In this document: positions 35,701 to 47,524 of the stretch, one piece after another
How the letters are laid out: the number at the start of each line of letters is the position of its first letter
How positions within the stretch are numbered: position 1 is the stretch's first letter
Source of the DNA: Eledone cirrhosa
Lineage: Eukaryota
Direction of reading: 5' to 3'
Assembly: GCA_964016885.1 (NCBI GenBank)
Contig: OZ024740.1
Location: 312,046,001 to 312,110,000, forward strand
Length of the DNA stretch: 64,000 bases
Notes under the pieces: generated by a model
The model's database searches: none
The model's input: only the letters and a program-made list of their open reading frames with translations
Told to the model about the DNA's origin: nothing
Made by a program: the position numbers and the translations under genes

Positions 35701-38700
35701 TGAAATGAAGCGTATTGCTCAAGAACACAGCATACCACCTGACCCAGAGATCGAACCCACAACCTTATGATTGTGATTCCAATGCCCTAAACACTAGGCC
35801 ATGTGCCTTCATTTTATGGATAACGTGCAATCAATAAGTTGAGATGAGTAGAGACTTGTGGTGGTGGCAATAACAGAAGAGAAAAGGCTCAGCAAGTTGT
35901 TTGTGTATATAGACTTACCTATCTATAAGCCAGATGGCTTCTGTACAAAATATAGGAATAGGAGAACTCTCTTACATGCAACATACAGTTTATATTGTGC
36001 AATTGTTGGTTGGCAGATCTTTTTAAATTTACTAAATATTACATTTGTACTTAAAAGCATGTAGTTTTGATGGGCATGGTGATAAACTGAAAATTGATGT
36101 TACATCAAAGAATAACTGAAAAATTTATTTTGTTGTTTCAGTGAATCAGTACCACAGAAAATGCCTGCATCAAAACCAGTCATAATATTTTGTTTCAATG
36201 GTAAGTTATTTTGATTTAAATTTATATCTAAAAAAAATTATTTCATAGTAAATTTTGTTGTGTACAACTACAAGATGCAGGGGTTAACTTTGCAAGCATC
36301 ATGACAAACTTCTCCATTTACCCTATCATCTGCACCACCCTTCACCAACCTCTTAATTTCATTTCTTCTTTCATCATCTTTAACCATATCATATTTGGTT
36401 TCCCCACTTCCTCTACTTCCTTCCATATTCATTTTCATTACTCTTCTCATCCAGTCACTTTCATCCTACCTCAACTCATGACCCAACCATCTCATTTTAT
36501 TTTTTTTTAACACTGGTTCTATTTCCATCATCCTCTGCAATTCATTGTTTGTCTTTCTCTTTCCCAGTAATATTCCACTCCTCCACCAGACCATTGTCAT
36601 TTCCATTCTTTCTAGCCTTCTTTGTTTGACTCCCATAAAATTGTGGCACTTCTCACACATACAACATACACCTTTCCCTTCAGTTTTAGTGACACTCTCC
36701 TCATTAGCACACCACTCAGTTCCTGAAACTTCTTCCATACAAATTTCACTCTAGATATTGTCACAGAGTTTTATCCACCCTCTCAATTCAACACATCTCC
36801 AAGCTAACAAAATGCTTTCACACCTTCCATCTTCATATCATTCCCAAGATTCAGCTCAGCATCCTCTCCATCTGGAGTTCCCTCCATACACACTTTACAC
36901 TTACATGTTGTTGCCACATTATTTAATAATTCCTTCACACCATGTTTTCGGTTCCTTCCACCTATTTATCTTCTCCCTCAGTTCATCCATACCCTCTGCT
37001 TTTAACACCAGGTCATTTGAGTACAGCAACTACCATGATAAACCTTTCTTTACATTTCCGACCAGTTTCTCCACCATAAATACAAATAGTAGTGGGGTTA
37101 ATACTGACTCCTGATACCCTCCAACATTCACTTCAAACTCATCACTGTTCCTGTTCTTATGATTGTACAATCTCTCTCATACATTGCCGTCACTACTCTA
37201 ACCAATCATTCCTCCACTTCAAACTCTCTCAATGCTCATGTCACTACTTCATGTGGAACCTTATCAAAAGCTTTCTTCAGATCAACAAACTCAAAAAGCA
37301 AATTCTTCCTCTTGTCCCTGTACTATCTCAAAATAGAAATTGTATCAATCATTCTTTTTCTCAACAAACATCCTAACTGCATTTCATCAGATTTAACTTT
37401 TTCTTTATGCTCTTTGCAATACCTTCATTCCATTTTTTTTATAATTTAAATGCTCTATAAGAACCAGAGTTTAAAGGATTGGGTTTTTTTCCCGCTGTAC
37501 TGGGAGATAAAAGTATTCAACTTGCTCAGCTATTCCCTCTGCTAGTTTGAGAACTGGATTGCTTGCAGTGTTGCTATCCCATTCATTCTCCACATTCAAA
37601 ATTCTCTCAATCTTTCCTTAAGTTTACAACAATTCATCCTTCAAGCGCATCTTTCTCTCCCTAACTGCCTTACAATTTTCAACACATGTCTCTAACCTTG
37701 TTCTAAATCCATTCTCTAAACAATCTTCTATGTACTTCTTCTACCCTTGCCACTTTACTATCCTCTTGATTGCTTTGTACTTCTGATGAGCTGCTTCCTT
37801 CATTATCAGTTCCCTCGCTCTCTGCCATTCTCTGAATCTTCCTCTTTTCTTATCAATCCTCTTTTCAACTTCATTATCCCACCACTATGTTTCTAAGTCT
37901 CCATCCACACACATCACCAACAGCTCCTAAGAAACCATCTTTCAGAAACTTCCAAGCACTCTCAAGTTTATTTCATCATACTCAGCTTCTCTCGTACAAC
38001 TTCGCTCCCTCACTGTTACTTCTTTTAACTTCTACAATTTTAGTCATGGTTGATATATACTCAGCTGAACTCTCCTCCCACCTTTCACCCTCATGTCACA
38101 GACAACTAGATGGAGTTGTATAACAACCTCATGTTCTGGGATTACCTTTGTTTCGTTAACATTCCTCCAACCTTGCCCACGTACCATTGATTAGTTAACA
38201 GTTGCCTAATCTACTCAATGCATACATAATGAGTTTGTTGTCTTCTTTCTGGAATTAGGTGTTACAACTTGACATGTCAACTCCATCAGCAAACTCCAAA
38301 ATCCTATCACCCTCTTTATTCTTGATACCATACCCATAACCCTCATGATCTCACACAAAACTATCCATACTGTATCCTATATGTCCATTCAATTCCTCTC
38401 CTACCGTGATAACTTCCTCATCTTTCATGTTTTCAATCTTTATTGCACACCAAAACTTGTCTTTCTCTTATGGGTGTTTAGCAAGGAGACCCACTCGACC
38501 TGCTCCTCTTTGCGCTGGCCATCATTGACATTGCTTGCTCTTCAACGTCTGGAACATGGACAATGTGACCCTGGATAGCTTGACCGAGTTGGTAGTTGAG
38601 GACCTTTGACTAATCATCCTAGCTCTAAACTCCTTGGACTTGAGATCAACCCTTCCAAGTCCGAGGTGATAAACAAGCTACGGTGAGGCCAAATTCCACA

Positions 38701-41700
38701 ACACCGTAGTCAGCATCCCATCTTGCTCAGGGCTCAACTAATGCTCAAAGATGCCATCTGGATTCTCAGCCCTCCAATTCTCTCGAAAGCCATACGAGAG
38801 TGCCTGGAGACTAAGCATGCAGACCTGTCGAGGATGACAGAGAGGTTGTGTCTCATTGACATGCACCCGCTGTTCTTTCTCCTGAGGAACTGCTTCGCCC
38901 TTTCTAAATTCTTCTTTATGCTATGCAGTGTGTCTTGTTACCCTTTTGCAGATCTCCTTGGTGAACTCGATGCCACCATCTGATGCTGTGCAATACAGCA
39001 CTGGAATGAAAGTAGCCTGTCTGAGGAAAGAGCCCTTTGAGGTGGAGTGGTTGTTGCAGCAGGTGTCACTGACCATGGTCTGCGACAATACCTTTGCCTT
39101 TTGTCTGAGGAGCGCAGTCGAAACACCACTCTGACTTAGATGTAGTCTGTCATCCTCTCCCCTTCCTCCTTTCTTCCGTTGCTTAACAATCCTAGCCCTT
39201 TCCCTACTTTTCCTCTCTTTTATTGTTTCATGTATTCTAAATACTTGTTTATAATGAATACTGACAACAAATATATTTAGCTATAATGTGTATGAATAAC
39301 AGGCTGCAATCTCTCTCTCACACTATCTGATTATCTCTCTTTCTCTCTCTCTCTCTCTCTCTCCATAGATATAACGTACTTATATGTCCTATTGCACTCA
39401 CTTCTAACATCTCAAAGGTGATGATCGACAGCCATTAATGTTCTCTATTACTTTGAATCACTCTCTCTCGTTAATGACCATCAGTATGGCTTTCATATAC
39501 CCAGATCTCGTGGAGATCTACTCTCCTATGTCATTCTGCAATAGGTTCTCATCTTTAAGAAATGTTGTTGCCCTGAACATCAGCAAAGCTTTTTGCCATA
39601 TGAGGCATGCAGATCTTGTGATAAAATTGCCCACTTATGGTCTTCATCTGCCTGTGTCAGATCACACCATTGTGACATGTGCTGATGGAGCTTACTCAGA
39701 CTCAAACTCTCAATTCTGAAGATACATCAGAGTTGATAATTTTGTGACCTATACTCACATCAACGACCTACTTGCCATCATCTCCAATAACATCAACTCT
39801 TACTCAGATGATACCATCTTTCATTCTTTTCAAAGATTCACCCAAAAGCCAGTTAAATACTTTGTACCAAATCTGCAGTGACTCTGAGAACAGTGACCTC
39901 AAAAACATCCTCAATGAAGTCATGCCAATCTTGTCTTCTTCAATGTGTAATGACACAATAATTACATATATCAAGAAAATATTGTCACACCTCACCCCCG
40001 TATTGAATATGAATATCACGGAACTAGAATCCTCAAGGCCATTACAAATACAAGAACTCATGGTCACTGAGGATCTCTCCTGTCAAAGCACATCTTCAGC
40101 ATAGACAAAACTGCATCACAAAAACTAGCTTTCTTCAGAGGCAGAAAATACTTGTCCCCAACAACTGCTAACTCTATACAAAGCTCAAGTGGAACGAACA
40201 ATAGTGTTGCTATCACGTCTTAGATGGTTTTCTATGTATAGACATCCTAGAATATATCCATAGAAAGGCCACTTGATTGCCATGATGTTTGTTCACTAAC
40301 ACTACACCCTCTTGCCTATAAGCATGCAGTCTTACCTCCTTCCTGTTTTACCACTACTTCAATGGCCTTTGCTTCTCAGAGTTGGTTAGTTTTATACCAT
40401 CTCCATTCAAGCATTTCCAACTCATTTCCATCCTCTTGTCACACAATTTCTTCCACCTGCAAGACACTGCACTAACCACAATGTTTAATTCTTTCTCCTC
40501 ACAGTGTTGATTCTATGGAATTTGTTCCTTGCAAGTTTTTTTGTTTTGTTTTTTTGCAGTTGTATAATATGTTATGTGAATCACTAATGGATTATTCATC
40601 AGGAACATTAAACATGACAATCTTACCACTCTCAGAAAGCCTGTGAAGCCCAAACCAATAGAAAAATTCAAATTGAAGCCACTGTAATTGCTTCCCTTTT
40701 CTGTAATCTGTTATAGATTGTGATGGTTCAGTATTATACTTTCCTGTACCACCTGAAAAACTAAGGAAATAACTAGCGTAGATTATATAATGACATTCTG
40801 TTAATGTTAGTATATTAAAACAAACACTCCTTCCTTATATCTGGTTTTAGTAGACTAGTGGTTATTGCCATAATACTCTGGGGATCATCATCATCATCAT
40901 CATTTAACGTCTATCTTCCACGCTAGCATGGGTTTAGACGGGAATTGTCCCACTTGAGGCAAGATTGGTTGTCTCGCTCGTATGGGACTGTCTGGCAGGT
41001 TTTCTACGGCTGGATGCCCTTCCTAACACCAACCACGTTTACAGTGTGGACTGGGAGGTTTTTACTGTGTTAGCTACACGGCCACATTACAGTATGGACT
41101 GTGTGTTTTTTTGTTGTGACAACCTCATTTATTTAGGACTGGATGTATATATATAACAGACCATGGTTATTACTATGGAATATTCCTCAGCCTCTAATGC
41201 TACTGTGTCCTACAAGCTGTTGTCTTTCAGGGAGATGGAGTCATGGTGTTGCCATATCAATGTATGTCTTCATCAGCCTATGATGAGGAGGCATCACATC
41301 TTTGAAGGGAAGGAGGAAGAGGTACACAAAAGGTGGTCATATTAGTGTGTTGATAGGTTGCTACTGTTTACATTACTCGACTATCTTATCCTGTGTTATT
41401 CAAAGCTGTCTTCAACATCAATACAATGCAGTATCAGTGACTGATTATAATCCACAGGTTTTTTAATGGGTTACCTATTATCCTGTTAGTTCTGCCATGT
41501 GTAGCTCTCAATAGTATGTTATGGTTTAAGGTTGGTAACAGATAGCTAACAGTTCTTGGTTCAGCTATATAGTATTGTATATAAATTACTAATGATAAAT
41601 AACTATGTTGTTATTTAGCACCTAATCACTCTTAATTCAGCAGACATGATATTCCTGCTTTTGTTATTTTTATTAGAGAGCATTGGAGAGAACCATTTTC

Positions 41701-44700
41701 AAATTCAATCTACAATTTAATTGTTGTTGCTGTTGTTTATCTCCAATCAGCCCTGATCAAAACACTCCAGTTGTGACTATCCTACCCCCTTTTTTTTTTT
41801 ACAGACATTATATATCAAGGTTTTCATTATCCAGTACCTCTTTCATTTTTTAAGGTGGTAGCGTGCAGTTTTAGTAGGATTTGGCTGCTATTTCTAACAA
41901 GTTAAGCGACAGCATAGCAGCTCCCTTGTTGGTTCAGTAATAACTTATGTTGTAGCTGTATGTTGCTGCTGTTTCATAAACTGTAATGTTCTCAAATCTT
42001 TCTTCTTTCAACCTATTACAGTACCTGGCCGAGGTCATACGAGTACAGGTGACATGGAATCTATGAAACCTTTGATGCAAATGATATTTCACTGTATTGA
42101 CAAAGTCAGTCGGATGCAACTTAGTAAAGATGTAAGTTTTATTAATTTTATTTCCATTGTTTCCATCTGTTGTCTCATAAAAATAATATTTGTTATATCA
42201 TCATCATTTTTATGTCAGCTTTTCCATGCTTACTTGGGTTCAACAAGGTCTTTTTCAACACACCATCTCTCTACTTGTTGCATTCCTTTGTCATCTCTGA
42301 GTTTCAGTGATTTGAGATCAGCTCTCACCAACTCCACTCGGGTCTTTCTCTATTATGGCGTCCTTCCACTGGGATTTCTTGGCACTTCTTCACCCAGCGA
42401 TCATCATTCATGTGCATTACATGTCCATACTAATGCAGTCTTTTCTCTTGCACATTAATTCTGATTCCTCTTAAACCCAGTTTTTCTCTCAGTTCATCCA
42501 ATCTCTGTTGTTCTCTTACATTTACATTGCACATCCACTGAAGCATGCTTGCTTCATTTTTCTCCAATCTACACAATCTCTGCAATCACAGCCCATATTT
42601 CACTACCATGCAGCATTGTACTTCGCACACAGGTGACATACGGCTGTCCTTTTGTTTGTAGGGAGAAACCTTTTGTTGTCAACTGGGGAAGTAGCACCCT
42701 AAACACCTTCCCTCCTATCCTTATTTAGCTACTATGCTCTCAGAACACCCTCTTTCACTGCTAACTAGATAGCAGAATCTATCAACCATTTCTATGGATC
42801 CTTCATGTGATCGAAAACGGATTATATCTCTGCCCTGCTTACTATCTATTACATATGAAGTCATTCTTTCTTGTTAGTCTGCCTGCTATCCTACTACACC
42901 TCTTCTGCACAAAAGATTTGCATTGTGTACATCATTTACAGTTTCTGCATATCAAACAGGGTCACTTCCTTGATGAGATCAGGGTCCTGTCTTCCTTCCT
43001 ACTTACTAGCACTTTAATTTTCACTATATTTGCATTCAACCATTTTGATTCTAAATTGTTTCCACAGTCAAAACTTATTCTCTAGATTCAGCTATAAGAA
43101 CCAGATAAGTCTATCTAGTGTCTTTCCTTAAATCAATGTATATAACCATAAGCCACCATAATTGGCCAGTCTAGCAGATAATCATGCTCAAGAATATTGC
43201 TTGAACAGATAGTTTTTTTTTCTGTTTTAATCTTAATTTTATACTGTAAAAACAATAAAGAAGTCAGAAAATGCTTGGCAGCAACCACTGAAGTGGAAAA
43301 ATCTAAACTGCTCTTTAAAATGTTATGCTTTTAATGGAGTAAATTGTAGCATGCAATGAAGTAGGGCTATTTGTTTATTTCACATATCAGACACACTTTA
43401 GTTTATTTTCAATCCTATTTTCTATGACACATCTCTCACTAACATTTCAGTTCTAGTGACATACTTATATACTTTTAGATTTATGGCATATTTATTTTCT
43501 ACTTCATCAGAATCATGTCAAAGATTGCTATTATCTTTATTAAATTACTTCATGTATATTAGAAAATTGTTTAAATAGTTACTGTTTATTTACTCACTGT
43601 GTACAGGCTCGTCAGAAGGCTGAAAGGAACCGACAAAAAGCTGAAGAAGCATTTCTAAAAGCTGCTCATGCTCAGCGTCAGGAAGCAGCACAACAAAGAA
43701 GAGAAGAAAAACGAAGAGCAGAGAAAGAAAAGATGATGAATGAAGATGATCCTGATAAAACTCGGAAGTGGGAGGTGAGTGATATGTGCTTTGAAGAAAG
43801 CATAAAGCAAAAACTTGTAGCATTATAAACAATTTATAGCCAGTGGTGTAAGTTTAACAAGTCTACAGCAATGGAATTTATGGATTCACTATATTAAAAT
43901 TGAGAAAAAGCCAAATAATCTGAAATCATAATCCTTCAGTTATTTATTAACTCTCTCTCACATTTAAACATTAAAGCAGGATTATTTTATACACACATAA
44001 ATTATTAATTGATTTTTCTTGGTATCTTAAGTGTAAATTTGAAAATATTTGTTTCACAAAATAATACTGTTATCTCCTTAAAGCATCCAACATGTTTCTC
44101 TTCTTATTTATCTTGACTTTGCTATCTGTTTTGTATCATAGGAACGAGAAAATAAAAGAGATTTGAAAAAGAAACAACCAAAAATGAAGGTATGTAAACT
44201 ATCCCTTATTTCTGTTTGTTGTCTCACTGTCTCTTCCTCCTATCATTTATACTCTACGCCACCTCCCAGACCCAGCTTTCAGCATATTGGCCAATAATTC
44301 TCAGAACTATAATTTTTACAGCTATTAATAACTGACATTTTTATGACACCAATTCTGCCAGTTTCACATGACCTGTGAAAGTTATGGACACTCCCTTTCC
44401 TCTTTGACTTCATCATCATCATACGTCCGCTTTTCCCTGCTTGCAAGGGTGGGATGGGTCCTATTCAGCACAGAATCTCTCCACTTGTCACGGTCCTTCG
44501 TCATCTCCACCGTGAGCATCACCGATCTGAGGTCTGCTCTCACCACCTCCACCCATGTTTTTTGTGGTCTTCCTCTACTACGTATTCCTTCAACTGTTAT
44601 TTTTTAAAAAACTCTAACACAATGTTGTAGTAGGTCAAATGCTTCATTGAGCTGAAGATAACTTCAGTTATGTTATCAATTATTCAGATTATATATTAAT

Positions 44701-46019
44701 TACTTCGTAAAATAACCATATGGATGTCTATGACATCTGTCAACACACACATTTCTAGGTATTACACATGTATAAATACATAGACATCTTTGCAGTACAC
44801 TGCCAACAGTAGTGTGGAACACATATTTGCTATGTGGATAGCTATTGTTCTACCAGCTCATGGATTCTAAGTTCTTGTCTCTTTCACTTGTTTCAATGGC
44901 ATCTATTTATGTAGACAACTCACACCCTGTTTCAGTAGTTATAAGTGGGTGATAACTAAACACTGGTTATATTGTGTATTGCAACTTATAAAAACCTATG
45001 ATAGTTAGTTGGGTTTTTTTTTAATCATTACATATTGAATATCTATTTAAGATGAAATACTGAATTTACTACTTATGGACTTGTTTAATTTATTCGTTGT
45101 GGGTCTTCTACATCATTATCATCATCATCAGACCAAGGATCTGATCTCTGGCTCTGGCCTGGACACTCACCAGATATCGGGCAGGGACCCATGTGCTGTT
45201 TGGGAGTTGCTCTATGTGGGTGCACAAGAGATGCAGTAGTGCAGTGGTATAACCGACGAATTAGTGTACGCGGACGACTTAAAATGCAAGAGTTGCTTGT
45301 TGGTGAGGACAAGCTGGAAGTGGTGGCATCTTTCTGCTACCTGGGTGACATGTGGTTAGCTGGAGGTGGAGCTGAGCTTGCTGCCATCGCGCGGTGCAGC
45401 TCCACATGGAACGAGTTTAGGCAGCTTCTCCCAATCTTTGAGACACTGGCTGCCATTAGTCACCAGGGGGCAGATTTACAATGCCTGTGTGAGAAGTGTG
45501 TTGCTCCATGCCAGCGAGACCTGGGCCCGTCATCCAACTGTCTGAATTGGCTCAAAAGAAATGACAAAGCTATGATCTGCTGGATGTGTGGTGTGACCAC
45601 TGAGGATGATATCGGCTCAACTGAGCTCCTGAAAAGACTGCTGATCACCGACCTTGAGGATGTGCTTCACACAAGATGAATGCGCTGGTATGGCCATGTC
45701 GAGCGCAGTGAAGGTTGGATCAGAAAAGTGATGAATGCCGATCCAGGAAGACTAAAAAGGTCTTGGATAGAGGATGTCTGTCGAGATCAAGCTAAGCTTG
45801 GCCTGGCCCAAGTGAGATCAGCAGACAGAAACATATGGAGTAGGACACTAAGGAGCGCTGTCAGGCAGGACCCACCCCACTTAGGGATTGTGTCCTGCAT
45901 AATCAAAAACTGGATGATGATGATGATTCCTGCTAATAATAATTCCATATAATTCAATCAAATGCTGTTTGTTTCATATATTTATCTATTTTTCTTTACA
46001 GCGGATGACACTTTCTTGA
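26224..46019 (+). CDS. CCDC47: CCDC47 (PAT complex subunit / calumin), complete spliced CDS, 486 aa
   Basis: Thirteen GT-AG exons total 1461 nt in one frame: 26224-26356, 27805-27956, 29095-29214, 30231-30405, 33107-33291, 33794-33895, 35026-35133, 35394-35476, 36142-36200, 42022-42131, 43607-43774, 44142-44189, 46002-46019. The protein has a signal peptide, an acidic EDNEFAEFE lumenal region, a TM segment (WDSFYMEMLMLGGLCAYFLNFLAGK.KN..LAQAW), WCSGR...GMLVELKFIKRQDL, HFSD.YSG and a basic coiled-coil C-terminus (QRQEAAQQRREEKRRAEKEK...KQPKMK). Confidence 0.95.
27805..27956 (+). CDS. CCDC47: CCDC47 coding exon 2 (acidic, polyQ)
   Basis: DPLDSNSNQDQETYLRSESKQSSEDQQQQQQQKWSQYPDNTAEDDDATVE; phase fits the flanking exons. 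Confidence 0.85.
28004..28183. mobile_element. Tc1/pogo-type MITE
   Basis: Inverted termini cagtgaaattctgttacaacgaa / ttcgttataacagaatgttatctg in TA-rich flanks. Confidence 0.6.
29095..29214 (+). CDS. CCDC47: CCDC47 coding exon 3
   Basis: TEDDENAYLNDDEEFEGFDDRGNYGKGKQHEASPGLTIPN. Confidence 0.9.
30231..30405 (+). CDS. CCDC47: CCDC47 coding exon 4 (TM helix)
   Basis: IPYHLHTNWDSFYMEMLMLGGLCAYFLNFLAGKSKNHKLAQAWLNGHKELLYSNFFIVG. Confidence 0.93.
30523..31770 (-). mobile_element. CR1-clade LINE fragment, antisense in a CCDC47 intron
   Basis: Minus-strand ORF pieces VIPLFKKGDRTSPVNYHPVS...; YLDFAKAFDSVPH; KYADDIKLYLEIKRTDPE...; NTRGHA; frameshifted; same family as the 5033 copy. Confidence 0.9.
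33107..33291 (+). CDS. CCDC47: CCDC47 coding exon 5
   Basis: DDGATKDAQSGMLLKESENVYVLWCSGRVYVEGMLVELKFIKRQDLVNTIARALKPSSDQI. Confidence 0.93.
33445..33745 (+). mobile_element. Single monomer of the hammerhead-bearing repeat
   Basis: Homologous to 18252-18510 plus 18135-18220; hammerhead-like motif at 33537-33579. Confidence 0.75.
33537..33579 (+). ncRNA. Minimal type-I hammerhead ribozyme-like motif (core point variant)
   Basis: Stem I ACAGTC/GGCTGT; core C(A)GATGA (intact CTGATGA in the 18343 copy); stem II GGGT-aatc-ACCC; GAAA; palindromic stem III region AACATGTT; GUU cleavage triplet. Confidence 0.6.
33794..33895 (+). CDS. CCDC47: CCDC47 coding exon 6
   Basis: VVTIDMEPNTMDKFVCCIAQKKVCAKLHRDMYDL. 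Confidence 0.9.
35026..35133 (+). CDS. CCDC47: CCDC47 coding exon 7
   Basis: SQFCTEKKSAEKFDLPSSYQILSEIGEATSAVIDKR. Confidence 0.9.
35394..35476 (+). CDS. CCDC47: CCDC47 coding exon 8
   Basis: VHHILTKYEGLVEYIHFSDMYSGPKNQ. Confidence 0.9.
36142..36200 (+). CDS. CCDC47: CCDC47 coding exon 9
   Basis: ESVPQKMPASKPVIIFCFN; phase 2 in, phase 1 out. Confidence 0.88.
36265..38470 (-). mobile_element. RTE-like LINE, degenerate (APE endonuclease to RT C-terminus)
   Basis: Minus-strand remnants GYGYG..N.EG..ILEFA, KVIPEHEVV.QLHLVVCDM, VDLKKAFD, GVHQ.SVL.PLLF, MRWLGH, MEGSRG; many stops. Confidence 0.75.
38480..39135 (+). mobile_element. CRE-like non-LTR retrotransposon RT fragment
   Basis: LNVW..D..TL, LGLEINPSKSEV and RL..ID.H..FFLLRNCFAL.K....L remnants. 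Confidence 0.6.
39400..40540 (+). mobile_element. Degenerate CR1/L2-group LINE RT fragment
   Basis: VVALNISKAF, KLPTYG, INDL, YSDD and LLTLYKAQV remnants. Confidence 0.6.
42022..42131 (+). CDS. CCDC47: CCDC47 coding exon 10
   Basis: PGRGHTSTGDMESMKPLMQMIFHCIDKVSRMQLSKD. Confidence 0.9.
42200..43110 (-). mobile_element. RTE-like LINE 3' fragment
   Basis: Minus-strand remnants LLPQLTTKGFSL, CVRSTMLHGSEIWAV, RLH*YGHV; (GAT)n-type tail. Confidence 0.65.
43607..43774 (+). CDS. CCDC47: CCDC47 coding exon 11 (coiled coil)
   Basis: ARQKAERNRQKAEEAFLKAAHAQRQEAAQQRREEKRRAEKEKMMNEDDPDKTRKWE. Confidence 0.93.
44142..44189 (+). CDS. CCDC47: CCDC47 coding exon 12
   Basis: ERENKRDLKKKQPKMK; donor GTATGT. 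Confidence 0.88.
45120..45927 (+). mobile_element. RTE-like LINE 3' fragment
   Basis: LEVVASFCYLGDM...AR...W..FRQLLP, RNDKAMICWMCGV, RWYGHVERS.GWI; (GAT)n tail. Confidence 0.8.
46002..46019 (+). CDS. CCDC47: CCDC47 terminal coding exon
   Basis: Strong polypyrimidine acceptor tttttctttacag|CGG ATG ACA CTT TCT TGA (RMTLS*), then an AT-rich 3' UTR with AATAAA near 46874 and 46894. Confidence 0.75.
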   Translation, partial: RMTLS

Positions 46020-47481
46020 AACATTTCAATTCTCATCTGGAAAATGGAAAACATTATGGACAATTTCCACTTCTTCGAAATTAATTTTCTGCATTCACTA
46101 AATTATAGCCAACTATTCAGAGTGAATTTAAAAAATGCCATATGTTTTTATTTTGTTTATTTTTTGACTCAAAATCTTTTCCAAATTCTTATTAAAAATT
46201 AAAAAAAAAAGAAAGAAAACAATTGAAAAAAAATAACAAGAAAAGAAGCTTGATTTTCCACTAATATTTATCTATTTAATTCCTTAAGAAGAACAACAAA
46301 AATATTAAATTAAATTTTACAAACATTCCCCTCTTCCCAATCAAGCCAATTATCCCAGTTTTGAAATTTTTGTATATGTAATACAATAAGAAATGTTTAC
46401 CTTTTCTGCATTTGTTTTATATATAATGTTCTGTGTGTGTGTTTATTAGTTAAATATCTACATTATTGTTGGAGGGTATCTGACATCAAACTCTCTCCTT
46501 AAGATTGCAAAGATAAACAACTTGGTTATTCGAAAATGTTCTAATCTTTCTAAACATTCAACTGCATTCATTAAGTTACAGTAGTAACAAGAGTGGGGAG
46601 AATTTACCAAGTAAACTATTTTTACCTTATATGGTGGGACAATAGGTAGAAAACAATGCAGTAGTAGTTTGTATTCCCAAGGTGAGTTATTGCTTTGATA
46701 ACATAAGATTAATAATGCCCCTGTAAAATGTTATCTTTTAGTGTATGTGTTTGCCATGAAACAATATTTCCTCAATAGACAGATAATAATCTGTAGAAAA
46801 TATGAAAAATCAAAGAGGCAGAAACATATGTTAACTGAAACTAATATGAGCTTATAATTCCTGAAATATCAGTAATAAAGTTGTTTAAATAGAAATAAAA
46901 GTTAAAAGTGTAAACACTGTAGAGTAGGGATGACTCTAGTCACAGTGAGTAGATGATAACCTCTCTTCTGTTGGTACTGTGATAAATTATACTATGTAGA
47001 CTCTGTAAGAGTTAATGCTGGTGCCATGATAAAATGCATCTGTAGATAGAATGTAAGAGCAGGACGTCCTCCAGCCAGTCATCTTGGATCCTTACAAACT
47101 ATCAATCCCATGCCAGCATAGAAAATAGATGTAATATGATGATACACACATATATATCTATATACATACAGAAGCAAATATACTGTCAAGTTGTAGTGGT
47201 GATAATTATATTTATAGGATAGGATAAAGATCCCATAACTCCTTGTGGAGTCAGAGGCACCGTCATATGGCGTGCCTAGGGTACTTTTATACCTAGTGGA
47301 GCTCAACCCTAACCAGACAACAGCCATTTTTTTTTTTTGTGCGTCTATTGAGGAAGAATCGCCTCCGAAAGGATAAAAGGGAAAGTTGACCTCGGCAGGC
47401 TTTGAACTCAAAGCGCTCAATGAGGTGGGACGAATACTGTCAAGCATTCTATCCAACATCTTAACGACTGTCAATTTGCTG

Positions 47482-47524
<43 letters not shown>

